The notes: generated by a model not told the origin, from the sequence alone. Shown: positions 1-10,156, counted from the first letter of the stretch. The stretch: DNA of 64,000 bases from Nostoc sp. (GCA_036918135.1 JBALDB010000002.1:64001-128000); one strand, 5' to 3'. Numbers and translations are program-made.

Positions 1-1
1 T

Positions 2-2254
2 GGGCAAGAACTTTTCCAGCTTGACCTGAACAGTGCCCCCACTGACTTGAGCCTGTGTGCCACTAGTGTTAACGAGAATGTTCCTGCCAACACAGTAATT
101 GGCAACATAAGCACTGTCGATCCCGATGCAAACAACACCCACACCTACACCCTAGTTTTGGGTGCGGGCGACACAGATAACAGCGCCTTCACGATTGTGG
201 GTAACGAGTTACGGATTAATAGTTCACCAGATTACGAAACCAAAAATAGCTACAACATTCGTTTACGCACCACAGACCAAGGCGGCTTATTCTACGAGAA
301 AGAAATTGCGATCGCAGTCAATGATATTAATGATGCCCCACCAGTCGCGAATATTGCTAATGGCACTTCACGTGGAAATAACCTAACTGGTACGGAGAAC
401 AAAGATACCATTTTAGGATTGCAGGGTAATGACACCCTCAAAGGACTAGGTAATAACGACACCCTCGATGGCGGCGATGGAAATGATTCCTTAGATGGTG
501 GTGCAGGAGATGACAGTCTTATTGGTGGTAAAGGCAATGATACTTATATTATGGACAGCATTGGTGACACTATTACTGAATCCGCCAATGCAGGCACAGA
601 TTTAGTCAAATCTTCTATAACTTGGGTGTTAGTAAATAACCTAGAAAACTTGACTCTGACTGGAACCGAGGTCATCAATGGTACTGGTAACAGCCTTAAT
701 AACATCCTCACCGGAAATACTGCCGCTAACACATTGAATGGAGTTGATGGCGATGATAGCCTAATTGGTGGTGATGGGAATGATAGCCTGATTGGTGGTG
801 CAGGCAATGACACCTTGGATGGAGGCGCAGGAGCAGATAGTCTCAATGGTGGAGCAGGCAATGACATTTACACTGTAGACAACCTCAATGATACGATCGC
901 TGAAGGCTTAAATGCAGGTATCGATTTAGTCAAGTCTTCTGTTGGTTGGGCGTTGGTAGATAATCTAGAAAACTTGACGCTGACTGGAAGCTCGCCAATC
1001 AATGGTACTGGTAATAACCTTAATAACATCCTCACTGGAAACACTGGCGCTAATATCTTGAGTGGAGAAGCTGGCAACGATAGCCTGATTGGTAGCTCAG
1101 GTAATGACACCTTGTTCGGCAGTGCAGGCGATGACACCTTGGACGGAGGTACAGGAACTGATAGTCTCATCGGTGGAGTCGGTAACGACATTTACACCAT
1201 AGACAGCCTCAACGATACAATTACTGAAGGCTTAAATGCAGGTACAGATTTAGTCAATTCTTCAGTAAATTGGGTGTTGGGAGATAATTTGGAGAACTTG
1301 ACTCTGACTGGAGGCGGGGCAATCAATGGTACTGGTAACAGCCTTAATAACATCCTGACAGGAAATAATGCCGCTAACACTTTGAGTGGAGAAAATGGCA
1401 ACGATCGCCTCTTTGGTAGCTTAGGTAATGACAACTTAGATGGCGGCATAGGTGACGACATCTTAGATGGAGGTGTAGGGAATGACACCTTGAGTGGAGA
1501 AAATGGCAACGATAGCCTCTTTGGTAACTCAGGTAATGACAACTTAGATGGCGGTGCAGGTGATGACACCTTAGATGGAGGTGCAGGGAATGACACTCTT
1601 AATGGTGGAGTCGGCAATGACACTTACATCGTTGACAACCTCAACGATACGATCGCTGAAGGCTTAAATGCAGGCATAGATTTAGTCAACTCTTCGGTGA
1701 CTTTGGTGTTGGGAACTAACTTAGAGAATTTGACCCTAACTGGAAGCTCCGCAATCAATGGTACTGGTAACAGCGTTGATAATATTCTGATGGGAAATAC
1801 TGCTGCTAACACATTGAATGGAGTTGATGGCAACGATCGCCTTTTTGGTAGCTCTGGCAATGATATCTTGAATGGAGGCAGTGGTAACGATCTACTCTCT
1901 GGTGGAATTGGTAAAGATGTGGTGACTGGTGGGACTGGTCGAGATAGCTTTTACCTGACTGATACCCGCACTAAAGGCTATGATACTATTACTGATTTTA
2001 CTGTTGGAGATGATACTATCTTTATCTCTAAGGCAGAATTTGGACTAAGCCAAGCTCAGGATACGACACTAGATTCAAGCTTGTTCCGACTTGGGACTAG
2101 TGCGACAAGTGCAGGCGATCGCTTTATCTACGATCGAACTACGGGTAAATTATTCTTTGATAAAGATGGAGTTGGGGGTACAGCACAAGTTCAAATTGCC
2201 CAATTCTCTAATCAAGTAATGCTGACTAGTGCAAATATCATTGCGATCGCCTAA
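2..2254 (+). CDS. RTX/hemolysin-type Ca-binding repeat protein with cadherin domain (5' truncated by window)
   Basis: Frame is open from position 2 (GQELFQLDLNSAPTDL). Cadherin motifs (DPD, DYE, LRTTD, VNDIND), many GGxGxDxLxG nonapeptides, repeated ENLTLTG modules and a T1SS-type C-terminus (DTITDF...LFFDKDG). Confidence 0.9.
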   Translation, partial: GQELFQLDLNSAPTDLSLCATSVNENVPANTVIGNISTVDPDANNTHTYTLVLGAGDTDNSAFTIVGNELRINSSPDYETKNSYNIRLRTTDQGGLFYEKEIAIAVNDINDAPPVANIANGTSRGNNLTGTENKDTILGLQGNDTLKGLGNNDTLDGGDGNDSLDGGAGDDSLIGGKGNDTYIMDSIGDTITESANAGTDLVKSSITWVLVNNLENLTLTGTEVINGTGNSLNNILTGNTAANTLNGVDGDDSLIGGDGNDSLIGGAGNDTLDGGAGADSLNGGAGNDIYTVDNLNDTIAEGLNAGIDLVKSSVGWALVDNLENLTLTGSSPINGTGNNLNNILTGNTGANILSGEAGNDSLIGSSGNDTLFGSAGDDTLDGGTGTDSLIGGVGNDIYTIDSLNDTITEGLNAGTDLVNSSVNWVLGDNLENLTLTGGGAINGTGNSLNNILTGNNAANTLSGENGNDRLFGSLGNDNLDGGIGDDILDGGVGNDTLSGENGNDSLFGNSGNDNLDGGAGDDTLDGGAGNDTLNGGVGNDTYIVDNLNDTIAEGLNAGIDLVNSSVTLVLGTNLENLTLTGSSAINGTGNSVDNILMGNTAANTLNGVDGNDRLFGSSGNDILNGGSGNDLLSGGIGKDVVTGGTGRDSFYLTDTRTKGYDTITDFTVGDDTIFISKAEFGLSQAQDTTLDSSLFRLGTSATSAGDRFIYDRTTGKLFFDKDGVGGTAQVQIAQFSNQVMLTSANIIAIA

Positions 2255-2303
2255 CTTTTCCCAGACTACAATCACACTAAAACCATTTCTGATCGAAACT
2301 GCC

Positions 2304-2756
2304 ATGTCTTCCTTAAAGGCACATTCCCAAACACTATATGGAATCGACTATTTGCAATGGATAGAAACAACTGTGGAAAAATTGCAAAGTCAAGACTACG
2401 TGAATGTGGATTGGCAGAACCTTATCGAAGAAATTGCCGACATCGGAAGGAGTGAACGCCGGAGTCTCAAAAGTAATTTGATTGTAATTCTAGTACATCT
2501 GCTCAAATGGCAATTCCAACCAGAAAAAAGAAGCGGTAGCTGGGAAGGGAGCATCATTGAACATCGTAGACGTCTCAAAGAAGCTCTAGATGATTCGCCC
2601 AGTCTCAAATCCTATCTTGAGAGCATCTTTGTAGAATGTTACGCACAAGCAGTTAAGCAAGCAAAAGCCGAAACTGGTTTTTCAATAGAATCCTTTCCTG
2701 TGAACTGTCCATATCAACTGTCACAAGTTACAAATGATGAGTTTTTACCTGAGTAA
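2304..2756 (+). CDS. DUF29 family protein
   Basis: LYGIDYLQW, VDWQNLIEEI, LLKWQFQP and SPSLK are typical DUF29 motifs. ATG at 2304 preferred over the track start at 2229. Confidence 0.85.
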   Translation: MSSLKAHSQTLYGIDYLQWIETTVEKLQSQDYVNVDWQNLIEEIADIGRSERRSLKSNLIVILVHLLKWQFQPEKRSGSWEGSIIEHRRRLKEALDDSPSLKSYLESIFVECYAQAVKQAKAETGFSIESFPVNCPYQLSQVTNDEFLPE

Positions 2757-2825
2757 GCACTGAATCCAAATGCATGTTTTCGGTCTTGACTTTTACTTGT
2801 AATAGATGCATAATCGTAAACGCAA

Positions 2826-2942
2826 AAGAAGGGGAGTAGCTACTGGCAAAAAATTTCAAAGCCAGTACATCTGAATCAACATACTGGCGATGAGCCTGGT
2901 TCAGATGGCAAGTAATCAAATATTTGAAAGCGAGACCTTCAC
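2826..2942 (+). ncRNA. yybP-ykoY (Mn2+-sensing) riboswitch
   Basis: GAAGGGGAGTAGC...TCAACATAC...GCGAGACCTTC hallmarks. Stems GAAGG/CCTTC, TACTGGC/GCCAGTA and CATCTGAATCA/TGGTTCAGATG. Sits directly upstream of a TMEM165/GDT1 gene. Confidence 0.85.
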
Positions 2943-2963
2943 TAAGTTCACACGTAAAAGTGT

Positions 2964-2997
2964 AAGCTTGGTGAGGTTTTTGGTTCTCATCAAGCTT
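2964..2997 (+). promoter_or_regulatory. Hairpin downstream of riboswitch aptamer (candidate expression platform)
   Basis: AAGCTTGGTGAG...CTCATCAAGCTT inverted repeat about 20 nt upstream of the GAGGAG RBS. Confidence 0.5.
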
Positions 2998-3032
2998 CAC
3001 ATTGGTAAACGATTCTTGAGGAGCTTGAGAGA

Positions 3033-3653
3033 GTGTTAACAGCTTTTACCGCAGGCTTATTATTAATAACAATTTCCGAACTAGGCGATAAAACGTTTTT
3101 TATTGCTGTGATTTTGGCAATGCATCACTCACGGCGGCTCGTATTTATAGGTGTGACAGCTGCTTTAGCGGCGATGACAGTTCTTTCAGTGGTATTTGGA
3201 CAAGCAGTATCTTTGTTGCCCAAAGCTTATATTCATTACGCTGAAATAGTTTTGTTTATCGCCTTTGGTATTAAGCTGTTGTACGACGCTAGCAAAATGT
3301 CCTCTGCTAGTTGTGATACAGAAGTTATTGAAGAGGCTAAAGCTGCGGTGGAAAAAGGAGATTTGCAGCTACCAAAGCAAAAAACTTCCTTAAGAATTTT
3401 AATCAAAGCCTTTGTGTTGACATTTATGGCAGAGTGGGGCGATCGCACCCAAATTGCTACCATTGCCTTAGCAGCTGGAAATAATGCAATTGGAGTAACC
3501 ACAGGTGCAATTTTAGGACACACCATTTGTGCAGCGATCGCTGTTATCGGTGGCAAAATGATCGCTGGTCGCATTTCTGAGCGTCAACTCACCATAACTG
3601 GCGGATGCCTGTTTCTCATCTTTGGTATCGCTACTGCCATAGAAGGAGTGTGA
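3033..3653 (+). CDS. TMEM165/GDT1 (UPF0016) family putative Mn2+ transporter
   Basis: Two ExGD(K/R)T motifs (ELGDKT, EWGDRT) and two hydrophobic halves. Confidence 0.92.
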   Translation: MLTAFTAGLLLITISELGDKTFFIAVILAMHHSRRLVFIGVTAALAAMTVLSVVFGQAVSLLPKAYIHYAEIVLFIAFGIKLLYDASKMSSASCDTEVIEEAKAAVEKGDLQLPKQKTSLRILIKAFVLTFMAEWGDRTQIATIALAAGNNAIGVTTGAILGHTICAAIAVIGGKMIAGRISERQLTITGGCLFLIFGIATAIEGV

Positions 3654-3800
3654 GAGGACTGGGAGATGAGGAGATGGGGGAGTGTGGGGAGAGAGGGGGG
3701 ATAGGGGAGTGTGGGGAGTGTGGGGAGAGACGGGAGTGTGGGGGGCAAGATTTCTTCTCCATCCTCCCACACCTCCCACACCTCCCACACTCCCTATTTG
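3654..3800. repeat. G-rich/C-rich 9-mer repeat element between convergent genes
   Basis: GGGGAGTGT tandem units followed by CCTCCCACA units; able to fold back on itself. Confidence 0.8.
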
Positions 3801-3811
3801 CCCAATGCCCA

Positions 3812-4705
3812 TCACTTAAGTTTACTTTCGGAGGAAGGTGTACTAGATGCAGCCGGATTGGGAGTTAGAGGAGCAGTTGCGGCTTTGTTAATTTCGTCTC
3901 TGTATTGAGCGGGTGCTAAAGCTGCGGCACTATCAAATAAAGGCTTTGCTTCTGCATTTTTACCCTGTTGTTTTAGGAGCATCGCTTTGGCGACAACAGG
4001 GCGAAAATCCTTAGGATCTTTTTTAATTGCTTGGTCATAAGCAGAGGCAGCTTGGGCATAGCGTTTCTGAGAAGCGTGAACAGAACCTAACAGCACTTGC
4101 ACGGCCACTGTGTCGATGCTTCCAGGTTGATTTATATTTAGTTGAGCAGCGTTAGTGAGAGTTTCTTGTAACAAGCCAATAGCTGCTTCGGGGCGTTGTT
4201 GACTGAGCAACAGAGCTACCATTCCTTGCAAAGCTTTTAAATCACCAGGTTTCGTGTCTAAAACCGAGCGATAAGCTTGGGCGGCTCCTTCGCGATCGCC
4301 TATTTGCTGTTTAGCCTGAGCCAGCAGCACTGCGTATTCTGACTGTTCGGGATTGAGTTTAGCTAGCTTTTCTAGAGGTTCAATCACGACTTGAATATCA
4401 GATGTTTTAACCTCACTTTTTTCTTTTTGACTGAGTAATTGTAGCCGCGCCTCTAATAGACCTTTGAGCGCAGCCTGATTCTCTGGTTCCCTTTGCAAAA
4501 CCAGTTCATATCCCCGTACTTGGTCTTCCAGCTTTGATTTTTGGTCAGAGTCAGTCAAACTGCCTCTGGTGTTAGCGGTGTTTTGGCTGGAGAATGGCGT
4601 ATTATTAAACGCTCCAAATAAAGGAATCACCGAAACACCCACAAAAGCAAGAACTGCCAGCACCAAGATAACTTGAACTATCCAGCGATTGCGTGGTTGA
4701 GACAC
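3812..4705 (-). CDS. TPR-repeat membrane-anchored protein
   Basis: N-terminal TM helix and TPR-like repeats (AAQAYRSVL, AASAYDQAIKKDP). GTG at 4705 is the likely start. Confidence 0.8.
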   Translation of the reverse strand: MSQPRNRWIVQVILVLAVLAFVGVSVIPLFGAFNNTPFSSQNTANTRGSLTDSDQKSKLEDQVRGYELVLQREPENQAALKGLLEARLQLLSQKEKSEVKTSDIQVVIEPLEKLAKLNPEQSEYAVLLAQAKQQIGDREGAAQAYRSVLDTKPGDLKALQGMVALLLSQQRPEAAIGLLQETLTNAAQLNINQPGSIDTVAVQVLLGSVHASQKRYAQAASAYDQAIKKDPKDFRPVVAKAMLLKQQGKNAEAKPLFDSAAALAPAQYRDEINKAATAPLTPNPAASSTPSSESKLK

Positions 4706-5080
4706 AGTTTTGTCTTTCTCCTGAACTCTAATGAGATTATCATTTACACAAATCGTAAAGTTAAAAATTTCCAAAACTTTGCGGAATACCGCTTATTGTC
4801 TGTGAATTTTATAACAATTAACTATCCACACTGCTAAAGTAAGTGATGACTTTAGGAGGAGCCGTCAGAATTGTACCTATGATATGCTTCCGAAACTAGC
4901 GTGTGAGCGCTAGATTAGACTTTTAGTGTTTACACACTAAATTTAGCGCCTTTAGGATTGTGTAGAGTACTTTAGTGCAATCTGAAAAGTAAATATACTT
5001 TTCTTACCCGCACAAACGCTCTTTCCAGCTGCCTTTGTAAAATCCCACAATGGGATGTGTCTGTGCCCCAAGGAGTTTTC

Positions 5081-6097
5081 ATGAATTCCGACCTGATGCC
5101 GTTGCCCGATTCCAATTCTTCTGCCTCTAACCAGGGACAAAATAACATAGAGGCAGCCGCTAATATTATTAATACAGCAGCCCAGTCTTCTAAAGTTGAA
5201 AATTCGCCTATTAATCCCAGCGAAACTGACTCAAATGGGAACTTAGTCAATCGACAGCAACCTATTCCGCCTCCCAGCGAGCCGATGCAATATCGAGCGA
5301 TCGGCTTAGTTCGGGGTCGCTATCATGCTAGCAGCGAACAATTTACTCAAGGTACGCTGCTGACCACAGATAGTGTAGAACTCAACGCTGTCCTTCTAGG
5401 ACGGATTATGAGCTTAGTCAAAAATCACCTGGACTTAGAGAAAGAACATTTGTGGGTAGTATATCCACGTACAAGACAAGAAAATGATACTTTGCACATC
5501 CAAATCGTTGGAGTTTGGGAGCCAGAAAACCTGGCTAAAAACTCAATCAATGAGGACGAGCCAGACTTGGAGTTAGAAGAGGTAGAAACCCCTGATGACG
5601 GCTTATCCGAAGACTCGGAACTCAATCAAATTGCCGTAATACCCTCATCAGAAATTGCAGATGGTGGTTTTTCTGTTCGTGGTGAGGTAGTATACCAATC
5701 TTTTGATGCTAAGAGCTTGGTAGTTAAAATTAAGCAAGCTCCACGCAAACCAACTGATAAACCCAAATATTTTAAGTTGAAATTGAGGGGTGTGCTAACC
5801 ACCAAAGCAGTGGGAAAATTTTGGGACTTCCAAGCCAAGCGAGAAGCTGATGTTTTAGTGGTAGAAAAAGCCGAGGCGATCGCTGATTTGCCCAAAAAAC
5901 GCAGACCACCATTCAAAGGTGGCCCTCGTGGTAGCGGTGGTGGTGGTAGAAAACCATTCCCACCCAGACGCAGTGGCGAAACCCCTCGTCCCATCAAGAA
6001 AGCAAGCGCAGGCGGCGATACCCCTGTAGTGTCAAAACCTATACCGAAAACACCTACTCCTAAGCCCATCAAGCGACCGAAACCACCCCAGGAGTAG
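5081..6097 (+). CDS. Hypothetical protein with Pro/Lys-rich C-terminal tail
   Basis: Long ORF with a globular core (YRAIGLVRGRY, HLWVVYPRT) and low-complexity ends. Confidence 0.75.
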   Translation: MNSDLMPLPDSNSSASNQGQNNIEAAANIINTAAQSSKVENSPINPSETDSNGNLVNRQQPIPPPSEPMQYRAIGLVRGRYHASSEQFTQGTLLTTDSVELNAVLLGRIMSLVKNHLDLEKEHLWVVYPRTRQENDTLHIQIVGVWEPENLAKNSINEDEPDLELEEVETPDDGLSEDSELNQIAVIPSSEIADGGFSVRGEVVYQSFDAKSLVVKIKQAPRKPTDKPKYFKLKLRGVLTTKAVGKFWDFQAKREADVLVVEKAEAIADLPKKRRPPFKGGPRGSGGGGRKPFPPRRSGETPRPIKKASAGGDTPVVSKPIPKTPTPKPIKRPKPPQE

Positions 6098-6300
6098 GAT
6101 GGGGAGATGAGGGGAGATGGGGAAGTGTGGGAAGAGAGGGAAGAAAAGCAGGTGTGGGAGGAAAAGGAGGTGTGGGAGGTGTGGGAGGATGGGGAAGAAA
6201 TCTTGCCCCCCTCACTCCCCGCACTCCCCCATTTCCTTATCTTCCCACACCTCCCACACTCCCTGCTTATCTAGTCCCCAATCCCCAGTTCCTGTCCCTA
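6098..6300. repeat. G-rich/C-rich 9-mer repeat element (inverted copy of 3654-3800 element)
   Basis: GGTGTGGGA units plus core GGAGGATGGGGAAGAAATCTTGCCCCCC, matching the reverse complement of 3732-3794. Confidence 0.8.
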
Positions 6301-6303
6301 AGC

Positions 6304-7473
6304 TCAAAAATCAGTCCAACGATCTTGGGGTAGAAAAGAACGCTCCATCGGAATTGGAGAAACTGGTTGTGTAAGAGTAAACTTACCTGCTTCAATCCAT
6401 TGTTTTAACTCTTGGGCAACTTGCCTGGAAAAAAACAAACTCGCTAAGGGGGCAGAGCGTACTGCTTTGCCCTCGATAGTAATGCGTCCAGATTTGAGTT
6501 GGGCGTAACTCACTAAACCAAAGGTCGGACGGACGCGTCGGGGAATGGAAAAGTCTACTATTGGGGCTACTAAGTCTCGATCTTGCACCGCACACTGTTC
6601 AACTACTTGTTCGTTTAATACAGGGAGTGGTACACCAACGCCTAACATCAATGAAGGCCCGTAACTTTTGAAGTAGCAACCCCGCACCCAATGAGCATTC
6701 ATTTGCTTGGCATCGCCAATTAAAGCTAAAGTAGCGGCAGGCCCAATCGGTGTGCGATTAGCTAAACGCTTTTGTAAGGGAAAGTGCTGAGTGCCTTCCC
6801 AAGCGACATAGCCAACACCACCACCTAAAAAAATTCTTGTACCTATACCAATAAGTTGTAAATCAGGGTCGTTGAGTAAGGGGGAAATAGCACCGGGATT
6901 AGAGTAAACGGCATTCCCCAAACGCGGTTGTAAAGGCCCTAGATAAGTGAAAAGTGGGCGATCGCCACCATTCACACCAACAATAAAATTTTGATAAAGA
7001 TTACGCGGATTAAATAAATAAAACTGATTTATTGTTTCACTGGTTATTGTAGTTTCAAAGCTTGCTCTGGGATAACAATCTGTTACTTGTCCTTGCGCTC
7101 TGACGTGTATAGGTTTACCAGCTATTAAATCTTGGATGACATGACCGCCGCCGCGTTCTCGGACTTCTTCGCCATCCATCACTTCCACAGCACAACTGGC
7201 ACCCAAATATAAATCTACTGCCCCAAAACCAGAGTACGCCGGAACACCATCTAACCAGCAACGGCGAATTTTTATTGGAGGGTCAGTATGTCCAAGATTA
7301 ATAATTGCACCACTCGATTCCATAGGCTCAAAAGTACCGGTGGTAATGACATCAACTTCTTTAGCAACTTTAGTAACACCAATTTCTATTACTCGCGCTT
7401 TTAATTCTTCAGTTGTTAACACCACCGCACGTTGACGGCTAATTTTCTCATTAATTTCTGTAATTGTTCGCAT
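6304..7473 (-). CDS. DUF39 / homocysteine biosynthesis (aspartate semialdehyde sulfurtransferase-like) protein
   Basis: MRTITEINEKI, DVITTGTF, GHTDPPIK, GGGHVI, TDCYPR, NPRNLYQN and GIGTRIFLGG motifs. Confidence 0.85.
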   Translation of the reverse strand: MRTITEINEKISRQRAVVLTTEELKARVIEIGVTKVAKEVDVITTGTFEPMESSGAIINLGHTDPPIKIRRCWLDGVPAYSGFGAVDLYLGASCAVEVMDGEEVRERGGGHVIQDLIAGKPIHVRAQGQVTDCYPRASFETTITSETINQFYLFNPRNLYQNFIVGVNGGDRPLFTYLGPLQPRLGNAVYSNPGAISPLLNDPDLQLIGIGTRIFLGGGVGYVAWEGTQHFPLQKRLANRTPIGPAATLALIGDAKQMNAHWVRGCYFKSYGPSLMLGVGVPLPVLNEQVVEQCAVQDRDLVAPIVDFSIPRRVRPTFGLVSYAQLKSGRITIEGKAVRSAPLASLFFSRQVAQELKQWIEAGKFTLTQPVSPIPMERSFLPQDRWTDF

Positions 7474-7571
7474 TTCATCAGTTTATAATTATACATTATA
7501 TTAGCTGTATTCTATTGACAGTTGTTTTTGCTATTGTTACATTTTAAACATTATCTACTTGAGTAAGAACA

Positions 7572-8438
7572 ATGAGTAATTCTGAATTAGCTAATATTGA
7601 GCTTTATAATACATTTTCAAATGTATCCTCTCCAGCAGAAGAGAAAAAATTATTTTCTTTAAAGGTAATTGAATATTTATTACTTGCAATTTTTGTTTCT
7701 TCTGTTATATTTATTAGTTTTTTCTCAAGTGAAAAAAAAGTTGTAATTTATGGAACGATATCTCTAACTCTTTTGTTTTTTTTGTTATTAATCAATAAAC
7801 AAGTCTTTCATAATTCTAAAAAATTGGCTAATAAGTTTGACCTAGCCAAGAAAGCTGAACTCTATACTTACCTATTGGCTAATAATAATTCTTGGAATAA
7901 AAATAGTCTGACTTTAGCTAGAGGAAAGGCTTTACAATACTGTCAAGACTTGATTGATGATTATAAAAAAGTTAGGATCGTATCAAGAAACCTTTATTAC
8001 AGTTTGCAAATAGCAACAGTTATCTTATCAGGAGTCACACCAATTTTAGTTCTGGTAGATAAATTAGAATCAGGACAACCTTGGCTGAAGTGGCTCCCTG
8101 TTCTTTGCCCAGCTCTTGCTTCTATACTCGCTAGTATAGTTACCTCTTTTCCATTTCAAAAGAATTCCATTGCTGCTAACACAGCCGTTGAATTGTTAGA
8201 AGCTGAGCAAGAGAAATTTATCTTGGGAGTAACTTTGCCTTATCGTTGCTACGATATGTCTGAGGAAATCCAACAGCAACAAAAAGCAAGTCAAGCATTA
8301 GAACACTTTATTGTTCAAGTGAATAACATTCATCTCAACCAAGTACAACAAACAGGTGAGACGCAACCAGAGAAGACAGAATCGACTTTATCTAACGAGT
8401 CAAGTAAAGAGACAACTAATCAAATACCAACCCGATGA
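7572..8438 (+). CDS. DUF4231/SLATT-like membrane protein
   Basis: Two N-terminal TM helices and a SLATT-like two-TM module (YYSLQIATVILSGVTPILV...ELLEAEQEKF). Confidence 0.7.
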   Translation: MSNSELANIELYNTFSNVSSPAEEKKLFSLKVIEYLLLAIFVSSVIFISFFSSEKKVVIYGTISLTLLFFLLLINKQVFHNSKKLANKFDLAKKAELYTYLLANNNSWNKNSLTLARGKALQYCQDLIDDYKKVRIVSRNLYYSLQIATVILSGVTPILVLVDKLESGQPWLKWLPVLCPALASILASIVTSFPFQKNSIAANTAVELLEAEQEKFILGVTLPYRCYDMSEEIQQQQKASQALEHFIVQVNNIHLNQVQQTGETQPEKTESTLSNESSKETTNQIPTR

Positions 8439-8617
8439 ATTGATTGTGGTTAGTCATTGTCTGTCATGATTGTTGGAAACAAGATTGATTAAATTTGACT
8501 CGAAATGTTGAAATTCCTGACTTTTTAAAAATCGGGAATTTTATTATTTACAAATGATTGATTGCTATAAGTAGGTCAACATTGAAAAACGTAAGATAGA
8601 ATCTTTGCGATTACTTC

Positions 8618-8638
8618 TCTACGAGACGCTCCGCGAAC
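8618..8638. repeat. 21-nt small dispersed repeat
   Basis: TCTACGAGACGCTCCGCGAAC; related copy at 37012-37032, both in ACTTC^G context. Confidence 0.65.
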
Positions 8639-8729
8639 GCTTCACTTTCGCCAGAAAATAGGAAATCAGCCTTTTCAAGTTGAGGGCGAGTTGTTTCACG
8701 CAATCAAACAGGAGTCAGATATGTATTAA

Positions 8730-9875
8730 TTATTCTTCTTTGGATAAAGCATCATCAATCGGTCGCTCTTTATCAATAGCTGAGGTTTCTGTTGTCCAGG
8801 GATCGTCTACTTCAGGATATTTAGAAACGATGACAAACTCAGTTTCTTGTTGATGATGTCCCCATTGGTCTAAAACATCTTTAATCAAAACTTCTTGCAC
8901 CCAAATTTTAGCAACAACGGTTAAAGGTAGTGCGAGAAATAATCCTAAAAAACCAAAAAAAGTAACGAAAAATAATTGGGAAATTAAGGTGACAGCTGGT
9001 AGTAATGAGACTTGATGCGCCATAACAATCGGCGTGATGAAATTACTCTCAGTCTGTTGAATAATAAAGTAGAGAATCAAAACAGCGATCGCTTTCCAGG
9101 GTTCGTCTAACAGAGCGATCGCCATTGCTGGTATTACACTCAGCGTCGGGCCGAGGTTGGGAATTAAGTTCAAAAATCCTGCCAAAACTCCTAAAGCAAG
9201 TGCTGCTTTGACATGCAAAATTGATAAACCAACTACACTCATTAATCCCACTACACCCATCGCAATCACAGCACCTGTTATCCACCCCCCCAAAGAAATT
9301 TCGCATTTGTTTAAAATCCCTTCCACTCGTCGCCGATAAAATGAAGGAAAAAGCCGCACAAAGACTTTGCGGTAGGCTACAGGGTTGGCTAATAACATTC
9401 CTGTTAAAACCAGCACTAATAAGACCTTGAGGACAACTTCTAAAGAGCTAGATACAAACGCGAAGGAGTTTCCTAATACGCGATTGACGAAGGGCTGGGC
9501 TTGTTGGATCAGGCTGTTAAGATCTGGAATGTAAGGAAGCAACTCACTAGGAATGCGGGTTCTGAGTGTGTCTAACCAACTATTAAAGCGTCCCAATCCT
9601 TGGGGAACCCGATAGGTGAGTTCTTGAAACTGCTGTGCAAAAGGTGGCACAATTAGCCAGAAAAAACCTACGATTCCGGCAAAAAAGATAGCGACTGACA
9701 ATAAAACGGCAAATCCCCGCTTCATACCTGAGCTTTGGAAGCGTTTCGCTAACCGATTTAAAGTGCTGGCTAAGACAACTGCGGCAAACATCAGTAAAAG
9801 TACTTCCCGAATTTGCCACAAAATGTATAAAGAAAGAAGGATGGCGATTAAACCGATCCATTGACCGAGCTTCAC
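8730..9875 (-). CDS. AI-2E family transporter
   Basis: Multi-TM protein with LNLIPNLGP, IQQTESNFITP and GLFLALPL motifs. Probable GTG start at 9875. Confidence 0.88.
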   Translation of the reverse strand: MKLGQWIGLIAILLSLYILWQIREVLLLMFAAVVLASTLNRLAKRFQSSGMKRGFAVLLSVAIFFAGIVGFFWLIVPPFAQQFQELTYRVPQGLGRFNSWLDTLRTRIPSELLPYIPDLNSLIQQAQPFVNRVLGNSFAFVSSSLEVVLKVLLVLVLTGMLLANPVAYRKVFVRLFPSFYRRRVEGILNKCEISLGGWITGAVIAMGVVGLMSVVGLSILHVKAALALGVLAGFLNLIPNLGPTLSVIPAMAIALLDEPWKAIAVLILYFIIQQTESNFITPIVMAHQVSLLPAVTLISQLFFVTFFGFLGLFLALPLTVVAKIWVQEVLIKDVLDQWGHHQQETEFVIVSKYPEVDDPWTTETSAIDKERPIDDALSKEE

Positions 9876-9964
9876 AGGCTGACTCCAACAGTTGGTGAGA
9901 TGCAATTTTATTGTAATTCAGTTAGGTTAGCTGATTTTTATCACTTATGCTTAGATAGTTGAAG

Positions 9965-10156
9965 TTAACTTTGTTTGTGTGTTTGGAATCGCCACAGTAG
10001 GGCGATCGCCACGATTGCGATCGGCAACAAAACTATAATTAAGGCATTAGTTGCTGTTACCGAAACTGATAAACTTGGAGCAACGTACTTAATTAATACC
10101 GATATCAAAGCTGAAAGTGCAAGTAATTTTAGAACAAATCCTAGCTGATTTTCCAT
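9965..10156 (-). CDS. Small two-TM hypothetical protein
   Basis: MENQLGFVLK... with two hydrophobic helices. Confidence 0.65.
   Translation of the reverse strand: MENQLGFVLKLLALSALISVLIKYVAPSLSVSVTATNALIIVLLPIAIVAIALLWRFQTHKQS

Noticed and set aside
292..1860. Series of minus-strand Pro/Ser-rich ORFs
   Set aside because: Antisense shadows of the GGxGxD repeats of the RTX gene.
3513..3908. Short ORFs over the G/C-rich repeat (also 6117-6374)
   Set aside because: Artefacts of stop-poor repeat DNA.
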